DNA of 64,000 nucleotides from Methylophilaceae bacterium (GCA_035459965.1 DATHXC010000013.1:2946-66945); one strand, 5' to 3'; positions 1 to 11,884 are shown, counted from the first letter of the stretch. Numbers and translations are program-made. The notes: generated from the sequence alone by a model not told the origin.

Positions 1-154
1 AGTTGATCACCCGCACGGTGGTGGTGAAGGTAAGACTGCTGCTGGTATGAATCCAGTGAGCCCATGGGGTACGCCAACCAAGGGTTATCGTACTCGTAGC
101 AACAAGCGCACAGACAACATGCGTGTTGCTCGTCGTCCTGCGAATAAGAGGTAA
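1..154 (+). CDS. rplB: 50S ribosomal protein L2, C-terminal fragment (runs off window start)
   Basis: Frame 2 reads [15 protein letters not shown]...[21 protein letters not shown] then TAA at 152-154. The HPHGGGEG motif is typical of the uL2 C-terminus, and rpsS follows as in the S10 operon. Confidence 0.9.
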   Translation, partial: VDHPHGGGEGKTAAGMNPVSPWGTPTKGYRTRSNKRTDNMRVARRPANKR

Positions 155-159
155 TCAAT

Positions 160-435
160 ATGGCACGTTCAGTTAAAAAAGGTCCATTTATCGATGGTCA
201 CCTGGCTAAAAAAGTAGAAGTTGCAGCTGCAACCAGAGATCGTAAGCCAATTAAAACTTGGTCACGTCGTTCTACTATTTTGCCTGACTTCATTGGTTTG
301 ACCATTGCAGTCCACAACGGTAAACAACACATTCCAGTGTTGATTTCAGAAAACATGGTTGGCCACAAGCTCGGCGAATTCGCCCTGACCCGTACGTTCA
401 AGGGTCATGCTGCCGACAAGAAAGCCAAGAAGTAG
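160..435 (+). CDS. rpsS: 30S ribosomal protein S19
   Basis: 91-aa [15 protein letters not shown]...; conserved S10-operon position. Confidence 0.97.
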   Translation: MARSVKKGPFIDGHLAKKVEVAAATRDRKPIKTWSRRSTILPDFIGLTIAVHNGKQHIPVLISENMVGHKLGEFALTRTFKGHAADKKAKK

Positions 436-438
436 GAG

Positions 439-774
439 ATGACGATGCAAGTATCTGCTGTATTAAAAGGTGTTCATCTGTCCCCACAGAAGGCTCGCTT
501 GGTTGCTGACCTAGTACGTGGCAAGAAAGTTGACTACGCACTCAATATCTTGAATTTTTGCCCAAAAAAGGGTGCTGAAATCATCAAGAAGGTCGTTGAG
601 TCTGCGATTGCCAATGCCGAACACAATGAGGGTGCTGATATCGATGAGTTGAAGGTGACTTCGATCTATGTTGATAAAGGTGTTGTACTCAAGCGTATTC
701 GTGCCCGTGCTAAAGGCCGTGCTGGACGGATTATCAAACCAACATGTCACATTACCGTGACAGTCGGTAACTAA
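439..774 (+). CDS. rplV: 50S ribosomal protein L22
   Basis: ORF contains [17 protein letters not shown], typical of uL22. The start could be the ATG at 445. Confidence 0.95.
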   Translation: MTMQVSAVLKGVHLSPQKARLVADLVRGKKVDYALNILNFCPKKGAEIIKKVVESAIANAEHNEGADIDELKVTSIYVDKGVVLKRIRARAKGRAGRIIKPTCHITVTVGN

Positions 775-784
775 AGGAATCGTT

Positions 785-1498
785 ATGGGTCAGAAAATTC
801 ATCCAATTGGTTTCCGTCTGAGTGTCCAGAAAAACTGGTCTTCACGTTGGTATGCCAATAGTAAAAATTTCCCGGCAATGTTGATCAGCGATATCAGGGT
901 TCGTGAGTTCCTGAAGAAAAAGCTATCACACGCTGCTGTGAGCAAAATCATTATCGAGCGTCCTGCCAAGAACGCAAAAATCACGATTTATAGCGCACGT
1001 CCCGGCATTGTGATTGGTAAGAAAGGTGAAGATATTGAATCTTTGCGTTCTAGCCTGCAGGGCCTGATGGGTGTGCCAGTACATTTGAATATCGAAGAAG
1101 TGCGTAAGCCTGAAATAGATGCCACATTGATTGCTGAAAGCATTGCGCAGCAGCTTGAAAAGCGCGTGATGTTCCGTCGTGCCATGAAGCGTGCTATGCA
1201 GAATGCAATGCGTTTAGGCGCGCAAGGTATCAAGATCATGAGCGCTGGTCGTTTGAATGGTATTGAAATTGCACGTACCGAGTGGTATCGCGAAGGCCGT
1301 GTGCCATTGCATACACTGCGTGCAGATATCGACTACGGCGTAGCCGAAGCACAGACTACTTACGGCATTATCGGTATTAAAGTTTGGGTATTCAAGGGTG
1401 AAGTGTTTGACAACAAGGGTGAACAACCTGCTGTTGCAGCTGCTGAGCCTGAAAAGAAATTAAGAAAGCCGGGAGCGAAAAATGCTGCAGCCAGCTAG
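785..1498 (+). CDS. rpsC: 30S ribosomal protein S3
   Basis: [12 protein letters not shown]... KH-domain uS3 sequence; operon order. Confidence 0.97.
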   Translation: MGQKIHPIGFRLSVQKNWSSRWYANSKNFPAMLISDIRVREFLKKKLSHAAVSKIIIERPAKNAKITIYSARPGIVIGKKGEDIESLRSSLQGLMGVPVHLNIEEVRKPEIDATLIAESIAQQLEKRVMFRRAMKRAMQNAMRLGAQGIKIMSAGRLNGIEIARTEWYREGRVPLHTLRADIDYGVAEAQTTYGIIGIKVWVFKGEVFDNKGEQPAVAAAEPEKKLRKPGAKNAAAS

Positions 1499-1898
1499 AC
1501 AGAAATTCCGTAAACAGCAAAAAGGCCGTAACAAAGGTATTGCTACAACTGGCAATAAAGTCAGTTTTGGTGAGTACGGCTTGAAGGCAATTGGTCGTGG
1601 TCGTTTGACTGCGCGTCAAATTGAAGCAGCGCGTCGTGTAATGACTCGTCATATCAAGCGTGGTGGTCGTGTATGGATCCGTATATTCCCTGACAAGCCT
1701 ATCTCCAGCAAGCCAGCTGAAGTGCGTATGGGTAATGGTAAGGGTAGTCCTGAGTATTTTGTAGCTGAAATTCAGCCAGGCAAAATGCTTTATGAAATGG
1801 ATGGCGTAAGTGAAGAGTTAGCTCGTGAGGCTTTCCGTTTGGCAGCTGCTAAGTTGCCAATCGAAACTACATTCACTACCCGTCATATTGGGAGCTAA
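1482..1898 (+). CDS. rplP: 50S ribosomal protein L16
   Basis: [19 protein letters not shown]...; overlaps the rpsC end by 17 nt. Confidence 0.97.
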   Translation: MLQPARQKFRKQQKGRNKGIATTGNKVSFGEYGLKAIGRGRLTARQIEAARRVMTRHIKRGGRVWIRIFPDKPISSKPAEVRMGNGKGSPEYFVAEIQPGKMLYEMDGVSEELAREAFRLAAAKLPIETTFTTRHIGS

Positions 1899-2095
1899 TG
1901 ATGAAAGCAACCGAATTAAGAAACAAGACAGTTGATGAGTTGAATAGTGAGCTAATTGAGTTGCGTCGTGCGCAATTCTCTATGCGCATGCAATTGGCAA
2001 CGCAGCAGCTGAATAAAGTGGACCAAGTAGGCAAAGTTCGTCGCGACATCGCTCGCGTCAAAACCGTGCTTGCAGAAAAGGCGAAGCAGGCATAA
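1898..2095 (+). CDS. rpmC: 50S ribosomal protein L29
   Basis: [19 protein letters not shown]...; TAATGATG junction with rplP, so the start is 1898 or 1901. Confidence 0.93.
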   Translation: MMKATELRNKTVDELNSELIELRRAQFSMRMQLATQQLNKVDQVGKVRRDIARVKTVLAEKAKQA

Positions 2096-2097
2096 TT

Positions 2098-2367
2098 ATG
2101 AGCGAAACTCAAACTAAAGTAGTCCGCACATTAAGCGGCCGCGTAGTTAGCGACAAGATGGACAAGACTGTTACCGTGCTGGTTGAGCGCAAAGTGAAGC
2201 ATGCATTGCTTGGCAAGGTGATCCGTCGTTCTAACAAATTTCACGCACATGATGAAACTAATCAGTGCAAAGAAGGCGACCTGGTTGTGATCGAAGAAAG
2301 CCGTCCGCTTTCGAAGACCAAGACCTGGGTTGTTAGCAAGATCGTAACTAAGACAACTAGTATTTAA
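2098..2367 (+). CDS. rpsQ: 30S ribosomal protein S17
   Basis: 89-aa ORF with [22 protein letters not shown], typical of uS17. Confidence 0.95.
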   Translation: MSETQTKVVRTLSGRVVSDKMDKTVTVLVERKVKHALLGKVIRRSNKFHAHDETNQCKEGDLVVIEESRPLSKTKTWVVSKIVTKTTSI

Positions 2368-2373
2368 TAGTTA

Positions 2374-2402
2374 TTGCGTCGCAGGTCATCGCGATATATA
2401 AT
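2374..2402 (+). promoter_or_regulatory. Candidate sigma-70 promoter of the spc operon
   Basis: TTGCGT (2374-2379), a 17-nt spacer, then TATAAT (2397-2402), inside the 161-bp rpsQ-rplN gap. Confidence 0.4.
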
Positions 2403-2528
2403 GTTGGACTTTTCGGCACCCATGCCCCTCAAAAGGCTGAGCTGGTGCCCCAATACTGACCGTGGTCTACCGGCCGATGTAACTGGCGGCTGGTATTGGT
2501 TTAACGGATTAAGTTGGAGATTATTCTC

Positions 2529-2897
2529 ATGATTCAAATGCAATCTAGGCTGGATGTTGCCGATAACACAGGTGCGCGCTCTGTAATGTGCATCAAGGTG
2601 TTGGGTGGCTCTAAGCGTCGTTACGCCGGTATTGGCGATGTGATCAAGGTCACTATCAAAGATGCCGCTCCACGTGGTCGCGTCAAAAAAGGCGAAGTGT
2701 ATAGCGCTGTTGTGGTTCGCACCACAAAAGGCGTGCGCCGTCCTGATGGCTCGCTCGTAAAATTCGATGGCAATGCGGCTGTATTGTTAAATAACAAGCT
2801 AGAACCGATTGGTACCCGTATTTTTGGGCCAGTGACACGTGAGCTGCGTAGCGAACGTTTCATGAAGATCGTCTCTCTGGCCCCGGAAGTATTGTAA
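2529..2897 (+). CDS. rplN: 50S ribosomal protein L14
   Basis: Translation from the ATG at 2529 gives [18 protein letters not shown], matching the uL14 N-terminus. The track ORF start at 2514 is probably an upstream in-frame extension. Confidence 0.95.
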   Translation: MIQMQSRLDVADNTGARSVMCIKVLGGSKRRYAGIGDVIKVTIKDAAPRGRVKKGEVYSAVVVRTTKGVRRPDGSLVKFDGNAAVLLNNKLEPIGTRIFGPVTRELRSERFMKIVSLAPEVL

Positions 2898-2908
2898 GGA
2901 GCTGCTTG

Positions 2909-3226
2909 ATGAGTAAGATTCGCAAGGGCGACGAAGTCGTTCTAAACACAGGTAAAGACAAAGGTAAGCGCGGTACTGTATTGCGCGTGCTGGATTCCGG
3001 TCATGTGTTAGTTGAAGGTGTCAACATGGTGAAGAAGCACGCTAAGCCTAACCCGATGAAGGGTGTAACTGGCGGCATCATCAATAAGGAGATGCCACTT
3101 GATATCTCCAATGTTGCTTTATTTAATCGTGCCACCCAAAAGGGTGAACGCGTTGGCTTCAAAACGCTGGATGATGGACGCAAAGTGCGCGTCTTCAAGT
3201 CTAGTGGTGAAGTCGTAGACGCATAA
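2909..3226 (+). CDS. rplX: 50S ribosomal protein L24
   Basis: [24 protein letters not shown] is a KOW motif. The ATG at 2909 is preferred over the TTG at 2906. Confidence 0.93.
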   Translation: MSKIRKGDEVVLNTGKDKGKRGTVLRVLDSGHVLVEGVNMVKKHAKPNPMKGVTGGIINKEMPLDISNVALFNRATQKGERVGFKTLDDGRKVRVFKSSGEVVDA

Positions 3227-3245
3227 GCGGAGGCGAGAAAAGCAC

Positions 3246-3785
3246 ATGGCTCGTTTAAAAGATTTTTATAAGGAAACTGTGGTCAAGCAATTGACGGAGC
3301 AGTTTGGTTATACCTCAGCAATGCAAGTTCCGCGCATCGAAAAAATCATCCTGAACATGGGTGTCGGTGAAGCGGTTGCTGATAAGAAGGTAATGGAAAA
3401 CGCTGTTGGTGATATGCAGAAGATTGCAGGCCAGAAGCCAGTGGTAACAAAAGCGAAAAAATCTGTTGCTGCGTTCAAGATTCGTGATGACTATCCTGTA
3501 GGTTGTAAGGTGACGTTACGTCGTGAGCGTATGTATGAGTTTCTGGATCGCCTGATTACTGTTGCTATTCCACGTATTCGTGACTTCCGTGGTATTTCAG
3601 GTAAGTCATTTGATGGTCGTGGTAATTACAACATGGGTGTCAAAGAACAGATTATTTTCCCGGAAATCGAGTACGACAAGATTGATGCGTTGCGTGGTAT
3701 GAATATCACCATCACAACGACAGCTAAAACTGACGAAGAAGCCCGTGCATTGTTGTCTGCATTCAGCTTCCCGTTTAGAAACTGA
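3246..3785 (+). CDS. rplE: 50S ribosomal protein L5
   Basis: [16 protein letters not shown]... uL5; spc-operon order. Confidence 0.96.
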   Translation: MARLKDFYKETVVKQLTEQFGYTSAMQVPRIEKIILNMGVGEAVADKKVMENAVGDMQKIAGQKPVVTKAKKSVAAFKIRDDYPVGCKVTLRRERMYEFLDRLITVAIPRIRDFRGISGKSFDGRGNYNMGVKEQIIFPEIEYDKIDALRGMNITITTTAKTDEEARALLSAFSFPFRN

Positions 3786-3792
3786 GGATCTC

Positions 3793-4098
3793 ATGGCTAA
3801 GACCTGTATGATTGAACGCGAACAAAAACGTCGCGACACAGTTAAAAAATACGCAGCAAAACGCACTGAATTAACAGTGATTGTTAATGATGTTAAAGCT
3901 TCCGCAGAAGATCGCCGCGATGCGCGTTTGAAGTTGCAAAGTTTGCCACGTAACTCCAGCCCTGTGCGTTTGCGTAATCGCTGCGCCTTAACTGGTCGTC
4001 CACGTGGTGTGTTCAGTAAATTTGGTATTGGGCGTAGCAAGCTGCGCGAATTGATGATGCGTGGCGAAGTGCCAGGCGTCACCAAAGCCAGCTGGTAA
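3793..4098 (+). CDS. rpsN: 30S ribosomal protein S14
   Basis: The ATG at 3793 gives [24 protein letters not shown] and ends ...[11 protein letters not shown], the uS14 signature. The track ORF has a 16-codon N-terminal extension that overlaps rplE. Confidence 0.95.
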   Translation: MAKTCMIEREQKRRDTVKKYAAKRTELTVIVNDVKASAEDRRDARLKLQSLPRNSSPVRLRNRCALTGRPRGVFSKFGIGRSKLRELMMRGEVPGVTKASW

Positions 4099-4114
4099 AC
4101 GGAGGAATTTAACG

Positions 4115-4510
4115 ATGAGTATGAGTGATCCGATTGCCGATATGCTAACGCGCATCCGTAATGCGCAAAGCACTAATAAGCCTACAGTATCTATGCCTGC
4201 ATCCAAGCTCAAGGGCGCTATCGCTAGCGTATTGAAGGATGAGGGTTATATTGATGACTTTGCAGTCAATGCAGTAGACGGTAAACCGCAATTAAATATC
4301 AGCCTGAAGTATTATGCTGGCCGCCCAGTAATCGAGAAGATCGACCGCGTAAGCCGTCCGGGTCTTCGCGTCTATCGCGGTAGCCAAGATATTCCTAAGG
4401 TAATGAACGGGCTCGGCGTGACCATAGTGTCTACGTCCAAGGGTGTGATGACTGATCGTAAAGCATTAGCTGCCGGTGTCGGTGGTGAAGTGCTGTGCGT
4501 AGTGGCTTAA
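4115..4510 (+). CDS. rpsH: 30S ribosomal protein S8
   Basis: GGAGG sits upstream of the ATG at 4115. [17 protein letters not shown] is the uS8 N-terminus. Confidence 0.95.
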   Translation: MSMSDPIADMLTRIRNAQSTNKPTVSMPASKLKGAIASVLKDEGYIDDFAVNAVDGKPQLNISLKYYAGRPVIEKIDRVSRPGLRVYRGSQDIPKVMNGLGVTIVSTSKGVMTDRKALAAGVGGEVLCVVA

Positions 4511-4519
4511 GGAGCAAAT

Positions 4520-5053
4520 ATGTCTCGCGTAGCTAAGAATCCGGTCGCTATCCCAGCCAAAGTTGAGATAGTTTTAAGTGCCGATAATATTTCTGTTAGT
4601 GGTCCGTTGGGCAAGTTGTCCCACCCGCTCACTAATGCTGTGAACCTGAAGCGCGAAGGTGAAACTATTACTTTCGTTGCTGCTAATGACAGTCAACATT
4701 CCCGTGCTATGTCTGGAACGTTGCGTGCATTAGTGGCCAATATGGTACAAGGTGTCTCCCAAGGATTTTCACGTAAGCTGACTTTGGTTGGTGTGGGTTA
4801 TAAAGCCCAGGCACAAGGTGCTATGTTGAACTTGGAATTGGGATACTCACATCCGATCAATCACAAGATGCCAGACGGCGTCACTGTGCAAACACCTACC
4901 CAGACCGAAGTGGTTCTGACCGGTGTTGATAAGCAGGTGATCGGTCAAGTTGCCGCGCAGATTCGTGGATACCGCGCTCCAGAGCCTTATAAAGGCAAGG
5001 GTGTTCGTTATTCCGATGAAGTGGTAATCATTAAAGAAACCAAGAAGAAGTAA
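4520..5053 (+). CDS. rplF: 50S ribosomal protein L6
   Basis: [16 protein letters not shown]... uL6. Confidence 0.96.
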   Translation: MSRVAKNPVAIPAKVEIVLSADNISVSGPLGKLSHPLTNAVNLKREGETITFVAANDSQHSRAMSGTLRALVANMVQGVSQGFSRKLTLVGVGYKAQAQGAMLNLELGYSHPINHKMPDGVTVQTPTQTEVVLTGVDKQVIGQVAAQIRGYRAPEPYKGKGVRYSDEVVIIKETKKK

Positions 5054-5062
5054 GGTTTAGCC

Positions 5063-5416
5063 ATGACTAATATAAATTCACGCCTGCGTCGTGCACGTAA
5101 AACCCGTGCCAAAATCGCCGAATTGAAAGTAACGCGCTTAAGTGTGCATCGCAGTAATGGCCATATCTATGCGCAAATTATTGCTGATACTGGTGACAAG
5201 GTTCTGGCAAGCGCTTCCACTTTGGAAGCTGAAGTTCGCAAGGATTTAAAAGGCGGCGGCAATATCGCTGCTGCAGCGGTAATCGGTAAGCGCATAGCTG
5301 AAAAAGCTAAGGCTGCCGGCATTACTACCGTAGCTTTTGATCGTTCGGGCTATAAATACCATGGTCGTATCAAGGCGTTGGCTGAAGCTGCGCGTGAAAA
5401 CGGCTTGTCCTTTTAA
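5063..5416 (+). CDS. rplR: 50S ribosomal protein L18
   Basis: 117-aa ORF ending ...[26 protein letters not shown], uL18. Confidence 0.96.
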   Translation: MTNINSRLRRARKTRAKIAELKVTRLSVHRSNGHIYAQIIADTGDKVLASASTLEAEVRKDLKGGGNIAAAAVIGKRIAEKAKAAGITTVAFDRSGYKYHGRIKALAEAARENGLSF

Positions 5417-5443
5417 TCGTTGCTTGGGTAATAGACAGGATTA

Positions 5444-5956
5444 ATGATGGCAAGAGAAAAAGAAGTTGAGCAACAGACCGATGGTCTGCGCGAGAAGATG
5501 ATCTCGGTCAACCGCGTGACCAAAGTGGTCAAGGGCGGCCGTATTATGAGTTTTGCTGCACTGACAGTAGTTGGTGATGGCGATGGTGCTGTCGGCATGG
5601 GCAAGGGTAAAGCGCGTGAAGTGCCAGTTGCCGTGCAAAAAGCCATGGACGAAGCACGTCGCGGTATGGTGAAGGTGAGCTTGAATAACGGCACACTTCA
5701 TCACGCAGTGACTGGTGTTCATGGCGCAGCCAAGGTATTTATTCAGCCTGCTTCAGAAGGTACCGGCATTATTGCTGGTGGCGCAATGCGCGCTATCTTT
5801 GAAGTGATGGGTATTACTAACGTGTTGGCTAAGTGTATTGGTTCAACCAATCCTTACAATGTTGTGCGTGCAACATTGAATGGTCTCCAGGCCATGAATA
5901 CACCGGCTGAAATTGCTGCTAAACGCGGCAAGAGCATAGAAGAAATCAGGGGTTAA
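5444..5956 (+). CDS. rpsE: 30S ribosomal protein S5
   Basis: [19 protein letters not shown]... uS5. The start is 5444 or 5447. Confidence 0.96.
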   Translation: MMAREKEVEQQTDGLREKMISVNRVTKVVKGGRIMSFAALTVVGDGDGAVGMGKGKAREVPVAVQKAMDEARRGMVKVSLNNGTLHHAVTGVHGAAKVFIQPASEGTGIIAGGAMRAIFEVMGITNVLAKCIGSTNPYNVVRATLNGLQAMNTPAEIAAKRGKSIEEIRG

Positions 5957-5958
5957 TC

Positions 5959-6156
5959 ATGGTTAAAGCTAAACAAGAAACTGGTTTGGTCAGAGTGACT
6001 TTGATTAAAAGCACAATCGGCAGAATTGCATCACATCGTGCCTGTGTGGCCGGTTTAGGTCTGCGTCGTATGCACCAGACTGTTGAAGTGCAAGATACTC
6101 CAGCAAACCGTGGCATGATCAATACGGTTAACTATCTATTAAAGGTAGAAGCATAA
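5959..6156 (+). CDS. rpmD: 50S ribosomal protein L30
   Basis: 65-aa ORF with [10 protein letters not shown]..., uL30; operon order. Confidence 0.93.
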   Translation: MVKAKQETGLVRVTLIKSTIGRIASHRACVAGLGLRRMHQTVEVQDTPANRGMINTVNYLLKVEA

Positions 6157-6602
6157 TGAAATTGAATACTATTGCTCCTGCAGAAGGTTCTAAGCAGGAA
6201 AGACGCCGTGTAGGCCGTGGTATTGGTTCTGGTTTCGGCAAGACTGCCGGCCGTGGTCATAAAGGTCAAAAATCGCGTACAGGTGGTTTTCACAAGGTTG
6301 GTTTCGAAGGTGGTCAAATGCCTTTGCAACGTCGCTTGCCTAAACGCGGTTTTGTTTCTTTGACTAAGGCTGATACTGCACATGTGCGTACAGGTGAACT
6401 GGCTAAGCTGAAAGTTGAAGTGATTGACTTGCTGGCGCTAAAGGCTGCGAACGTAGTTTCTGGTAGCGTTAAGTCAGTGAAGGTTTACTTGTCTGGCGAT
6501 CTGACTCATGCAATTACTGTACAAGGTCTGTTGCTGAGCAAGGGTGCACGTGCTGCTGTTGAGGCTGCTGGCGGCAAGATCCTTGAAGTTGCTCCAGAGT
6601 AA
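6156..6602 (+). CDS. rplO: 50S ribosomal protein L15
   Basis: [41 protein letters not shown], uL15. Confidence 0.96.
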   Translation: MKLNTIAPAEGSKQERRRVGRGIGSGFGKTAGRGHKGQKSRTGGFHKVGFEGGQMPLQRRLPKRGFVSLTKADTAHVRTGELAKLKVEVIDLLALKAANVVSGSVKSVKVYLSGDLTHAITVQGLLLSKGARAAVEAAGGKILEVAPE

Positions 6603-6607
6603 ATCAC

Positions 6608-7930
6608 TTGGCAAACGATAGTTTTTTGGGTTCTGTAGGAAAGATGAGCGAGCTTAAAAGTCGCTTACTGTTTGTAATTGGTGCTTTGGTGGTATATCGC
6701 TTAGGTGCGCATATACCCGTGCCTGGTATCAATGCGGATGTTTTGGCAAAGCTATTTGAGTCTCAGAGTAACGGTATTTTGGGCATGTTTAACATGTTCT
6801 CTGGTGGTGCGCTTTCCCGTTTTACTGTATTTGCGCTAGGTATAATGCCTTATATTTCTGCATCGATCATTATGCAGTTATTGACAGTTGTGTCGCCGCA
6901 AATGGAACAGTTGAAAAAAGAGGGTGAAGCAGGCCGTCGTACTATTACTAAATATACACGCTACGGTACAGTGTTCTTGGCTACGTTCCAGGCATTAGGT
7001 ATTGCAATTGCACTTGAGCATCAGCCCGGATTAGTTTTGGATCCAGGCCTGTTGTTTAGATTTACAGCAGTTATTACGCTTGTTAGCGGCACTATGTTCT
7101 TGATGTGGTTGGGTGAGCAAATTACTGAGCGCGGCATAGGTAATGGTATTTCTATCATTATTTTTGCAGGTATCGTCGCTGGTTTGCCGCATGCAGTTGT
7201 GAGCACGTTGGATTTGGCGCGCACCGGTGCATTCTCTATACCACTAGTGCTGTTTTTGTTTGTGGCAACGATCTTGGTCACTGCATTTGTTGTGTTCGTA
7301 GAGCGCGGACAACGCAAGATTACTGTGAATTATGCAAAGCGTCAGGTTGGACGTAAGGTATTTGGTGGACAGACCAGCCATCTACCGTTGAAGTTGAATA
7401 TGGCAGGTGTGATTCCTCCAATTTTTGCTTCAAGTATTATTTTGTTCCCTGCCACGATGGCGGGCTGGTTTGGTAGTAGCGAAAGCATGTCATGGCTGAA
7501 AGATATTGGGACTACGTTATCCCCAGGTCAGCCCTTGTACATCATGTTTTTTGCCAGTGCGATTATATTTTTCTGTTTCTTCTATACGGCGTTAGTTTTT
7601 AACCCTAAAGAGACAGCAGATAATTTGAAGAAGAGTGGTGCTTTTGTACCTGGTATACGCCCAGGTGAGCAAACTGCAAAGTATATTGACCGTATCATGG
7701 GTCGTTTGACTTTGGCAGGTGCGCTCTACATTACAACAGTATGCTTGTTGCCAGAATTTTTGATTTTGAAGTTTAATGTGCCGTTTTATTTCGGTGGTAC
7801 ATCGTTACTGATTATTGTTGTAGTGACCATGGATTTCATGACCCAAGTACAGGCGCATTTGATGTCGCATCAGTATGAAGGCTTGCTGAAGAAGGCTAAT
7901 TTTAAAGGCGGTGCGGTTACTCCGCGTTGA
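6608..7930 (+). CDS. secY: Preprotein translocase subunit SecY
   Basis: 440-aa polytopic membrane ORF with [27 protein letters not shown]. It has an apparent TTG start at 6608; an alternative ATG lies 12 codons downstream. Confidence 0.95.
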   Translation: MANDSFLGSVGKMSELKSRLLFVIGALVVYRLGAHIPVPGINADVLAKLFESQSNGILGMFNMFSGGALSRFTVFALGIMPYISASIIMQLLTVVSPQMEQLKKEGEAGRRTITKYTRYGTVFLATFQALGIAIALEHQPGLVLDPGLLFRFTAVITLVSGTMFLMWLGEQITERGIGNGISIIIFAGIVAGLPHAVVSTLDLARTGAFSIPLVLFLFVATILVTAFVVFVERGQRKITVNYAKRQVGRKVFGGQTSHLPLKLNMAGVIPPIFASSIILFPATMAGWFGSSESMSWLKDIGTTLSPGQPLYIMFFASAIIFFCFFYTALVFNPKETADNLKKSGAFVPGIRPGEQTAKYIDRIMGRLTLAGALYITTVCLLPEFLILKFNVPFYFGGTSLLIIVVVTMDFMTQVQAHLMSHQYEGLLKKANFKGGAVTPR

Positions 7931-7943
7931 TTAGGCAGCGAGC

Positions 7944-8162
7944 ATGGCGAAGGAAGACAGAATTGAAATGCAGGGAGAGGTATTAGAAAATCTCCCTAAT
8001 GCAACATTCAGAGTTAAGTTGGAAAACGGTCACGTAGTATTGGGTTATATTTCAGGAAAAATGCGTATGCACTATATTCGTATTCTTCCTGGTGACAAGG
8101 TGACAGTCGAGATGACCCCATACGATTTGTCGCGTGCGCGAATTATTTTTCGCGTTAAATAG
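7944..8162 (+). CDS. infA: Translation initiation factor IF-1
   Basis: 72 aa, [30 protein letters not shown]... S1-like IF-1. Confidence 0.96.
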   Translation: MAKEDRIEMQGEVLENLPNATFRVKLENGHVVLGYISGKMRMHYIRILPGDKVTVEMTPYDLSRARIIFRVK

Positions 8163-8185
8163 AATCAGAAGCGAGAGGCAAAAAA

Positions 8186-8299
8186 ATGAGAGTTCGTGCA
8201 TCGGTTAAGGCTTTATGCCGTCATTGCAAGGTAGTTCGTCGTCGTGGCGTGGTGCGTGTTATTTGCACTGACCCAAGACATAAGCAACGCCAAGGTTAA
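8186..8299 (+). CDS. rpmJ: 50S ribosomal protein L36 (not in ORF track, 37 aa)
   Basis: My own translation gives [37 protein letters not shown], with the zinc-ribbon C..C/C..H pattern, GAGAGG upstream, and the expected position before rpsM. Confidence 0.93.
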   Translation: MRVRASVKALCRHCKVVRRRGVVRVICTDPRHKQRQG

Positions 8300-8454
8300 T
8301 CAGGCGGCGCAAGACTGTTTTTTGAATAATGCAAGACCAATCATTAAATGCAGTTTGTTAATAATTGGTTAAGCTGTTAAAATTTTGGGCTTTTTTGGCG
8401 ATTTGATTAAGTTAATTAATTGAAATAGTAGCGCCATTATTTTGGAGTAGAAAC

Positions 8455-8817
8455 ATGGCTCGGATAGCAGGGGTTAATATCCCAAATCATAAGCATACTG
8501 AAATCGCGTTAACGTCGATTTTCGGTGTTGGTCGTAACACGGCAAAGCAAATTTGCTTGGCTGCTGGTGTGTTAGCTACGACTAAAATCAAGGATCTGAA
8601 TGACGCAGAAGTCGATAAGCTGCGTGATGAAGTTGCCAAGTTAAAAGTAGAAGGCGATTTGCGTCGTGAAGTTTCCATGAACATCAAACGTTTGATGGAT
8701 TTGGGCTGCTATCGCGGTGTACGTCACCGTCGTGGCTTGCCTGTTCGTGGTCAGCGTACCAAGACCAATGCGCGGACTCGCAAGGGCCCTATCAAGCCTA
8801 TTAAGTCTTCGAAGTAA
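8455..8817 (+). CDS. rpsM: 30S ribosomal protein S13
   Basis: [26 protein letters not shown]... uS13. Confidence 0.96.
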   Translation: MARIAGVNIPNHKHTEIALTSIFGVGRNTAKQICLAAGVLATTKIKDLNDAEVDKLRDEVAKLKVEGDLRREVSMNIKRLMDLGCYRGVRHRRGLPVRGQRTKTNARTRKGPIKPIKSSK

Positions 8818-8843
8818 TAGAATCCTAGTAAGGAATAAGTCAC

Positions 8844-9233
8844 ATGGCAAAAGCAAACGTACGTGTACGTAAGAAAGTTAAAAAGAACATCGCCGAGGGT
8901 ATTGCCCACGTGCATGCGTCTTTTAACAACACCATTATTACGATCACTGATCGTCAGGGAAATGCGCTTTCTTGGGCAACTTCTGGCGGTGCAGGCTTTA
9001 AAGGTTCTCGTAAAAGTACACCATTCGCTGCTCAGGTAGCGGCTGAAGCTGCTGGTAAAGCAGCGCAAGAATGCGGTGTAAAGAATCTTGAAGTGCGTAT
9101 TAAAGGCCCAGGTCCTGGTCGCGAATCAGCAGTGCGTGCACTTAACTCTGTTGGGTTCAAGATCACCAGTATTTCTGATGTGACGCCAGTGCCACATAAC
9201 GGCTGCCGTCCACCGAAAAAACGCAGAATTTAA
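8844..9233 (+). CDS. rpsK: 30S ribosomal protein S11
   Basis: [24 protein letters not shown]... uS11. Confidence 0.96.
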   Translation: MAKANVRVRKKVKKNIAEGIAHVHASFNNTIITITDRQGNALSWATSGGAGFKGSRKSTPFAAQVAAEAAGKAAQECGVKNLEVRIKGPGPGRESAVRALNSVGFKITSISDVTPVPHNGCRPPKKRRI

Positions 9234-9294
9234 GTAACTTAAGAATTTAAGCAGCGCCGCGATTTAGCTGCGTAAGATATAACAGGAGAACACC

Positions 9295-9924
9295 TTGGCT
9301 AGAAATCTCGATCCTAAGTGCCGTCAGTGTCGCCGTGAAGGCGAAAAGCTTTTCCTTAAGGGTGAAAAGTGTTTCACAGACAAATGCGCTATCGAAAAAC
9401 GTAATTTCCCACCTGGGCAACATGGTCAGCGTCGCAATCAGCGCCTGTCAGACTATGGCGTTCAGTTGCGTGAAAAACAAAAGCTTCGTCGCATTTATGG
9501 CATTCTTGAAGGCCAGTTCCGTGGATATTACGCAGAAGCTGATCGTCAAAAAGGTATTACCGGCGAAAACTTGCTGCAATTGTTAGAGTGCCGTCTGGAT
9601 AACGTTGCGTATCGTATGGGTCTGGGTGCTTCGCGTACTGAAGCTCGTCAAATCGTGCGTCACAACAGTATTTTAGTGAACGGTAAGCGCGTTAACATTC
9701 CATCATTCCAAGTTAAACCAGGTGATGTGGTGCAGGTTGCTGATGCATCTAAATCACAGCTACGTATTACTGGAGCACTTGCCGCTGCAGAGCTGCGCGG
9801 TTTTCCAGAATGGTTGGAAGTTGATGTCAAGGCACTGAAAGGTACTTTCAAAGCCAAGCCACAACGCGACGAATTACCATCCACGATTAATGAATCACTC
9901 GTGGTCGAGCTTTACTCTAAGTAG
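9295..9924 (+). CDS. rpsD: 30S ribosomal protein S4
   Basis: [26 protein letters not shown]... uS4; apparent TTG start. Confidence 0.95.
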   Translation: MARNLDPKCRQCRREGEKLFLKGEKCFTDKCAIEKRNFPPGQHGQRRNQRLSDYGVQLREKQKLRRIYGILEGQFRGYYAEADRQKGITGENLLQLLECRLDNVAYRMGLGASRTEARQIVRHNSILVNGKRVNIPSFQVKPGDVVQVADASKSQLRITGALAAAELRGFPEWLEVDVKALKGTFKAKPQRDELPSTINESLVVELYSK

Positions 9925-9979
9925 TATTGGCTCGAAGTAATCTTCACTCGAAGCAGTTCAGTATTGTAAGGAACAAGTT

Positions 9980-10963
9980 ATGCAAAACAGTCCGACTGAA
10001 TATTTAAAGCCACGTGTTGTGGATGTTGAGGTTATCTCACCTGTCCGCGCACGTGTAACACTTGAGCCTATGGAACGTGGGTTTGGTTATACATTGGGTA
10101 ACGCTTTGCGCCGTGTATTGCTGTCTTCTATTCCAGGCTTTGCCATCACTGAAGTTAAGATCGATGGCGTAGTGCATGAATACTCTACCCTGGATGGTGT
10201 ACAAGAGGATGTTGTTGATATCCTGCTGAACCTTAAAGGTGTTGCGTTGAAATTGAACAGCAAAAGCGAAACTATCCTGACACTTAACAAGTCAGTTGAA
10301 GGTGTAGTGACTGCTGGTGATTTTGAGACAGGCCATGATGCTGAGATTGTTAATCCTAATCATGTGATCGCTCACCTGACTAAAGGTGGCAAGATCAATC
10401 TTGAAGTTAAAGTTGAAATGGGCCGTGGCTATCAGCCAGTTCCAGCAAGACAACACACTGATGAAGATCGTGTACTTGGTTTTATCCAGGTTGACGCTTC
10501 ATTTAGCCCGATCAACAAGGTGAGTTACCATGTTGAGAGTGCACGTGTTGAACAGCGTACCGATCTGGATAAGTTGGTGATGGATGTTGAAACCAACGGT
10601 GTAATGGAACCTGAACAAGCCATTCGTGATGCAGCACGCATCCTGATTGGTCAATTGTCAGTGTTTGCTGATCTCGAAGGCGCGCCTACAGAGATTGAAG
10701 TTAAGCATGCACCGCAAGTTGATCCTATCCTGTTACGTCCGGTCGATGATCTGGAACTGACAGTACGTTCTGCAAATTGCTTGAAGGCAGAGAACATTTA
10801 TTACATTGGTGATTTGATTCAGCGTGGTGAAAATGAGCTGCTCAAAGCACCAAATCTTGGCCGTAAATCTCTGAATGAGATCAAGGATGTGTTGGCTTCT
10901 AAGGGTCTTACACTGGGCATGAAGTTGGAAAACTGGCCGCCGGTTGGACTTGAAAAAGTTTAA
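9980..10963 (+). CDS. rpoA: DNA-directed RNA polymerase subunit alpha
   Basis: 327 aa. N-terminal region with [16 protein letters not shown], and a C-terminal domain with [22 protein letters not shown]. Confidence 0.97.
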   Translation: MQNSPTEYLKPRVVDVEVISPVRARVTLEPMERGFGYTLGNALRRVLLSSIPGFAITEVKIDGVVHEYSTLDGVQEDVVDILLNLKGVALKLNSKSETILTLNKSVEGVVTAGDFETGHDAEIVNPNHVIAHLTKGGKINLEVKVEMGRGYQPVPARQHTDEDRVLGFIQVDASFSPINKVSYHVESARVEQRTDLDKLVMDVETNGVMEPEQAIRDAARILIGQLSVFADLEGAPTEIEVKHAPQVDPILLRPVDDLELTVRSANCLKAENIYYIGDLIQRGENELLKAPNLGRKSLNEIKDVLASKGLTLGMKLENWPPVGLEKV

Positions 10964-10998
10964 AAGTATAAATAGCAGAAAAGCTTGAGGGTAAAACT

Positions 10999-11388
10999 AT
11001 GCGTCATCGCAACAGTAATCGTAAACTAAACCGCACCAGCAGCCACCGTAAGGCGATGTTGCAGAACATGACCAATTCTTTATTGCGTCATGAAATCATT
11101 AAAACTACTTTGCCGAAGGCTAAGGAGCTGCGTCGTGTAGCAGAACCTTTGATCACTTTGGGTAAGACTGCTACTTTGGCAAATCGTCGTCTGGCATTCA
11201 GTCGTCTGCGCGATCGCGACATCGTCGGTAAGCTGTTTAGTGAGCTTGGCCCACGTTATCAAACACGTAACGGTGGTTATCTGCGTATCCTCAAGTGCGG
11301 CTTCCGCGTAGGCGATAATGCACCTATGGCTTTAGTTGAGCTTGTTGACCGTCCAGATCTGACAACAGAAGCAGTTGTTGCTGAATAA
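10999..11388 (+). CDS. rplQ: 50S ribosomal protein L17
   Basis: [24 protein letters not shown]... bL17; last gene of the alpha operon. Confidence 0.96.
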   Translation: MRHRNSNRKLNRTSSHRKAMLQNMTNSLLRHEIIKTTLPKAKELRRVAEPLITLGKTATLANRRLAFSRLRDRDIVGKLFSELGPRYQTRNGGYLRILKCGFRVGDNAPMALVELVDRPDLTTEAVVAE

Positions 11389-11402
11389 ATTCAGACAATA
11401 AT

Positions 11403-11433
11403 AAAAAAGCCGGTTTAATGCCGGCTTTTTTTT
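11403..11433. terminator. Intrinsic terminator between rplQ and the convergent glutaredoxin-like gene
   Basis: AAAAAAGCCGG-TTTAAT-GCCGGCTTTTTTTT: a GC hairpin flanked by an A-run and a T-run, so it could work in both directions. Confidence 0.8.
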
Positions 11434-11442
11434 GGCTGCTAT

Positions 11443-11685
11443 TTAAGCTTTTATAATGAAATCCAGAACTTCATTGCTTGAAAATGGCCAGTAAAGCGCT
11501 TGACAGTTATCCTGCCGGAACAACACCGGAATAGAAGTACCATATTGCTCGAGCAGTTCATCATCGTCACTAATCTCGACTTCAATCACGTTGAGGTCAT
11601 ATTCATTGCATAAACTCTTCAAGAGCTCGGATGCTTGCTCACATAAGTGACATGCGGATGTACCGTATAGTTGTAAATTCATCAT
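11443..11685 (-). CDS. Glutaredoxin-like small redox protein (thioredoxin fold, CHLC motif)
   Basis: 80 aa, LQLYGTSACHLCEQA... The CxxC follows a beta-strand, as in the glutaredoxin-2/DUF836 type. Confidence 0.7.
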   Translation of the reverse strand: MMNLQLYGTSACHLCEQASELLKSLCNEYDLNVIEVEISDDDELLEQYGTSIPVLFRQDNCQALYWPFSSNEVLDFIIKA

Positions 11686-11884
11686 GATGTTTTTGGTAAG
11701 CTAAATAATATGCTTTGCACTGGCTATTAGGCGTTGATTAGTGTTTTCGTCAGCACAAAAAAGCACCATAATAACGAAGTTATTATCCGCTCAGTTTTGA
11801 CTAAAAAATGACCGCTTGAGTAGCAATGATAGCAGGCAATTTCCTTCAAATGGTGCTTAAAACACCACACGGTGAGCTTACCTT

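Noticed and set aside
8300-8454. 155-bp AT-rich rpmJ-rpsM spacer as a novel element.
   Set aside because: This is the expected location of the alpha-operon promoter and the S4 autoregulatory leader. I could not define a specific structure by eye, and nothing unusual is supported.
9335-9586. 83-aa alternative-frame ORF inside rpsD.
   Set aside because: It is same-strand and out of frame within a universally conserved ribosomal protein gene, with no independent translation signals.
11686-11884. Possible Mg2+ riboswitch (M-box) in the 200-nt region upstream of mgtE.
   Set aside because: I could not find the conserved M-box core or a convincing multi-helix fold with a terminator. The region looks like an ordinary AT-rich promoter region. 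A covariance-model scan would be needed to be certain.
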